The position numbers and the translations under genes are program-made. The notes under the pieces are model-generated. The model had not been told where the DNA came from and made no database searches. It saw only the letters and a list, made by a program, of their open reading frames with translations. Below are positions 63,236 through 64,000 of a DNA stretch of 64,000 nucleotides, piece after piece (positions within the stretch are counted from its first letter, which is position 1; each line of letters begins with the position of its first letter). The stretch is from the human T2T-CHM13v2.0 reference genome, Homo sapiens. The DNA is taken from assembly GCF_009914755.1 (NCBI RefSeq), contig NC_060947.1. The stretch is one strand, 5' to 3'.

Positions 63236-64000
63236 TCTCCCATATTTCTTTACATCTTTGAACATAGTTACAATACTGGCTTTAAAATTCTTATCTGCTA
63301 ATTCGAATATCTGGTTGGTATATGTCGGGGTTAATACTCATGGGTTGCCTTTTCTCTTAAGTCACATTTTTACATGTCTAGAAATTGAAATTTATCTTGG
63401 ACATTTTGATTATACATCTGCATAGATTTTGGATTGCGTTATCATTTTTCAAAGAGTATTGATTTTCCCCGTGTGTTTTAGTAGTCAGTTATATTGTTTG
63501 AAATCAAGCTTTAAACTGCCTCACTTTCAGTGGTATGCAGCTTAAGTCTTTGTTCAATTCCTTCAGTCATAGCTAAGCTGCTAAAACCAACACCATACAT
63601 ACATAGTTAAGCCAAAACTTTGGGTAGAGTTGAATTCATGTTAAAAATTAATGAAACCATCTTTGTGCCTCTATTGCTGGAATTTTCTAATTTCTTGTGC
63701 ATCTTATGTGGTTAACCTGAACCCTATTCTCCAATTCTTCAAGACAATAAAACTACAGGCTTATATCCAAGTAGTAGCTGGTTCATGTATATGTAATATG
63801 TCCTGTCCTCAAGCTCAAAGCCATCAAAAAAAATCACTCAATGATGTTGCCATTCCCACCTTCCATGTATAAAGTCTTCTCCAGTATTTTCCTGCTTTTT
63901 TTCACTCTTCAGTGACTTCAAGTACTTTTTATAATATTTTGTCCAGGGTTTACAGTTATTATCTACAGAAGTATTGGTTCAATAGGAGCTAGTCCACTAT

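Overview
AT-rich, LINE-1-dense primate genomic DNA. An SVA plus AluY and L1PA2-type copies point to human or another great ape. I recognise no cellular protein-coding gene or RNA gene; every long ORF in the track is an L1, Tigger, Alu or SVA remnant. Contents: a full-length inactive L1PA4-like element (61-6222, minus); an L1PA13-16-type element (11.9-17.0 kb); a nested stack of L1M, L1PB1, Alu, SVA, ERV LTRs and L1MA (18.3-37.3 kb); DNA transposons (Tigger13a, Tigger1, MADE1, MER20); MaLR LTRs; about a dozen Alus; and three 5'-inverted (twin-primed) L1 insertions. I found no convincing new gene system. The best leads are mechanistic fossils: (1) an SVA with 11 clustered A>G changes in ADAR-preferred contexts; (2) a ~10 kb L1PB1 insertion whose TSDs enclose ~450 bp of foreign 5' sequence, including an older MLT1 LTR piece; (3) an old local templated rearrangement (one inverted and one direct copy) at 7.6-10.1 kb; (4) a ~110-bp twin-primed L1. 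Subfamily names and consensus comparisons are from memory and need RepeatMasker/Dfam confirmation. Boundaries of ancient repeats are approximate.
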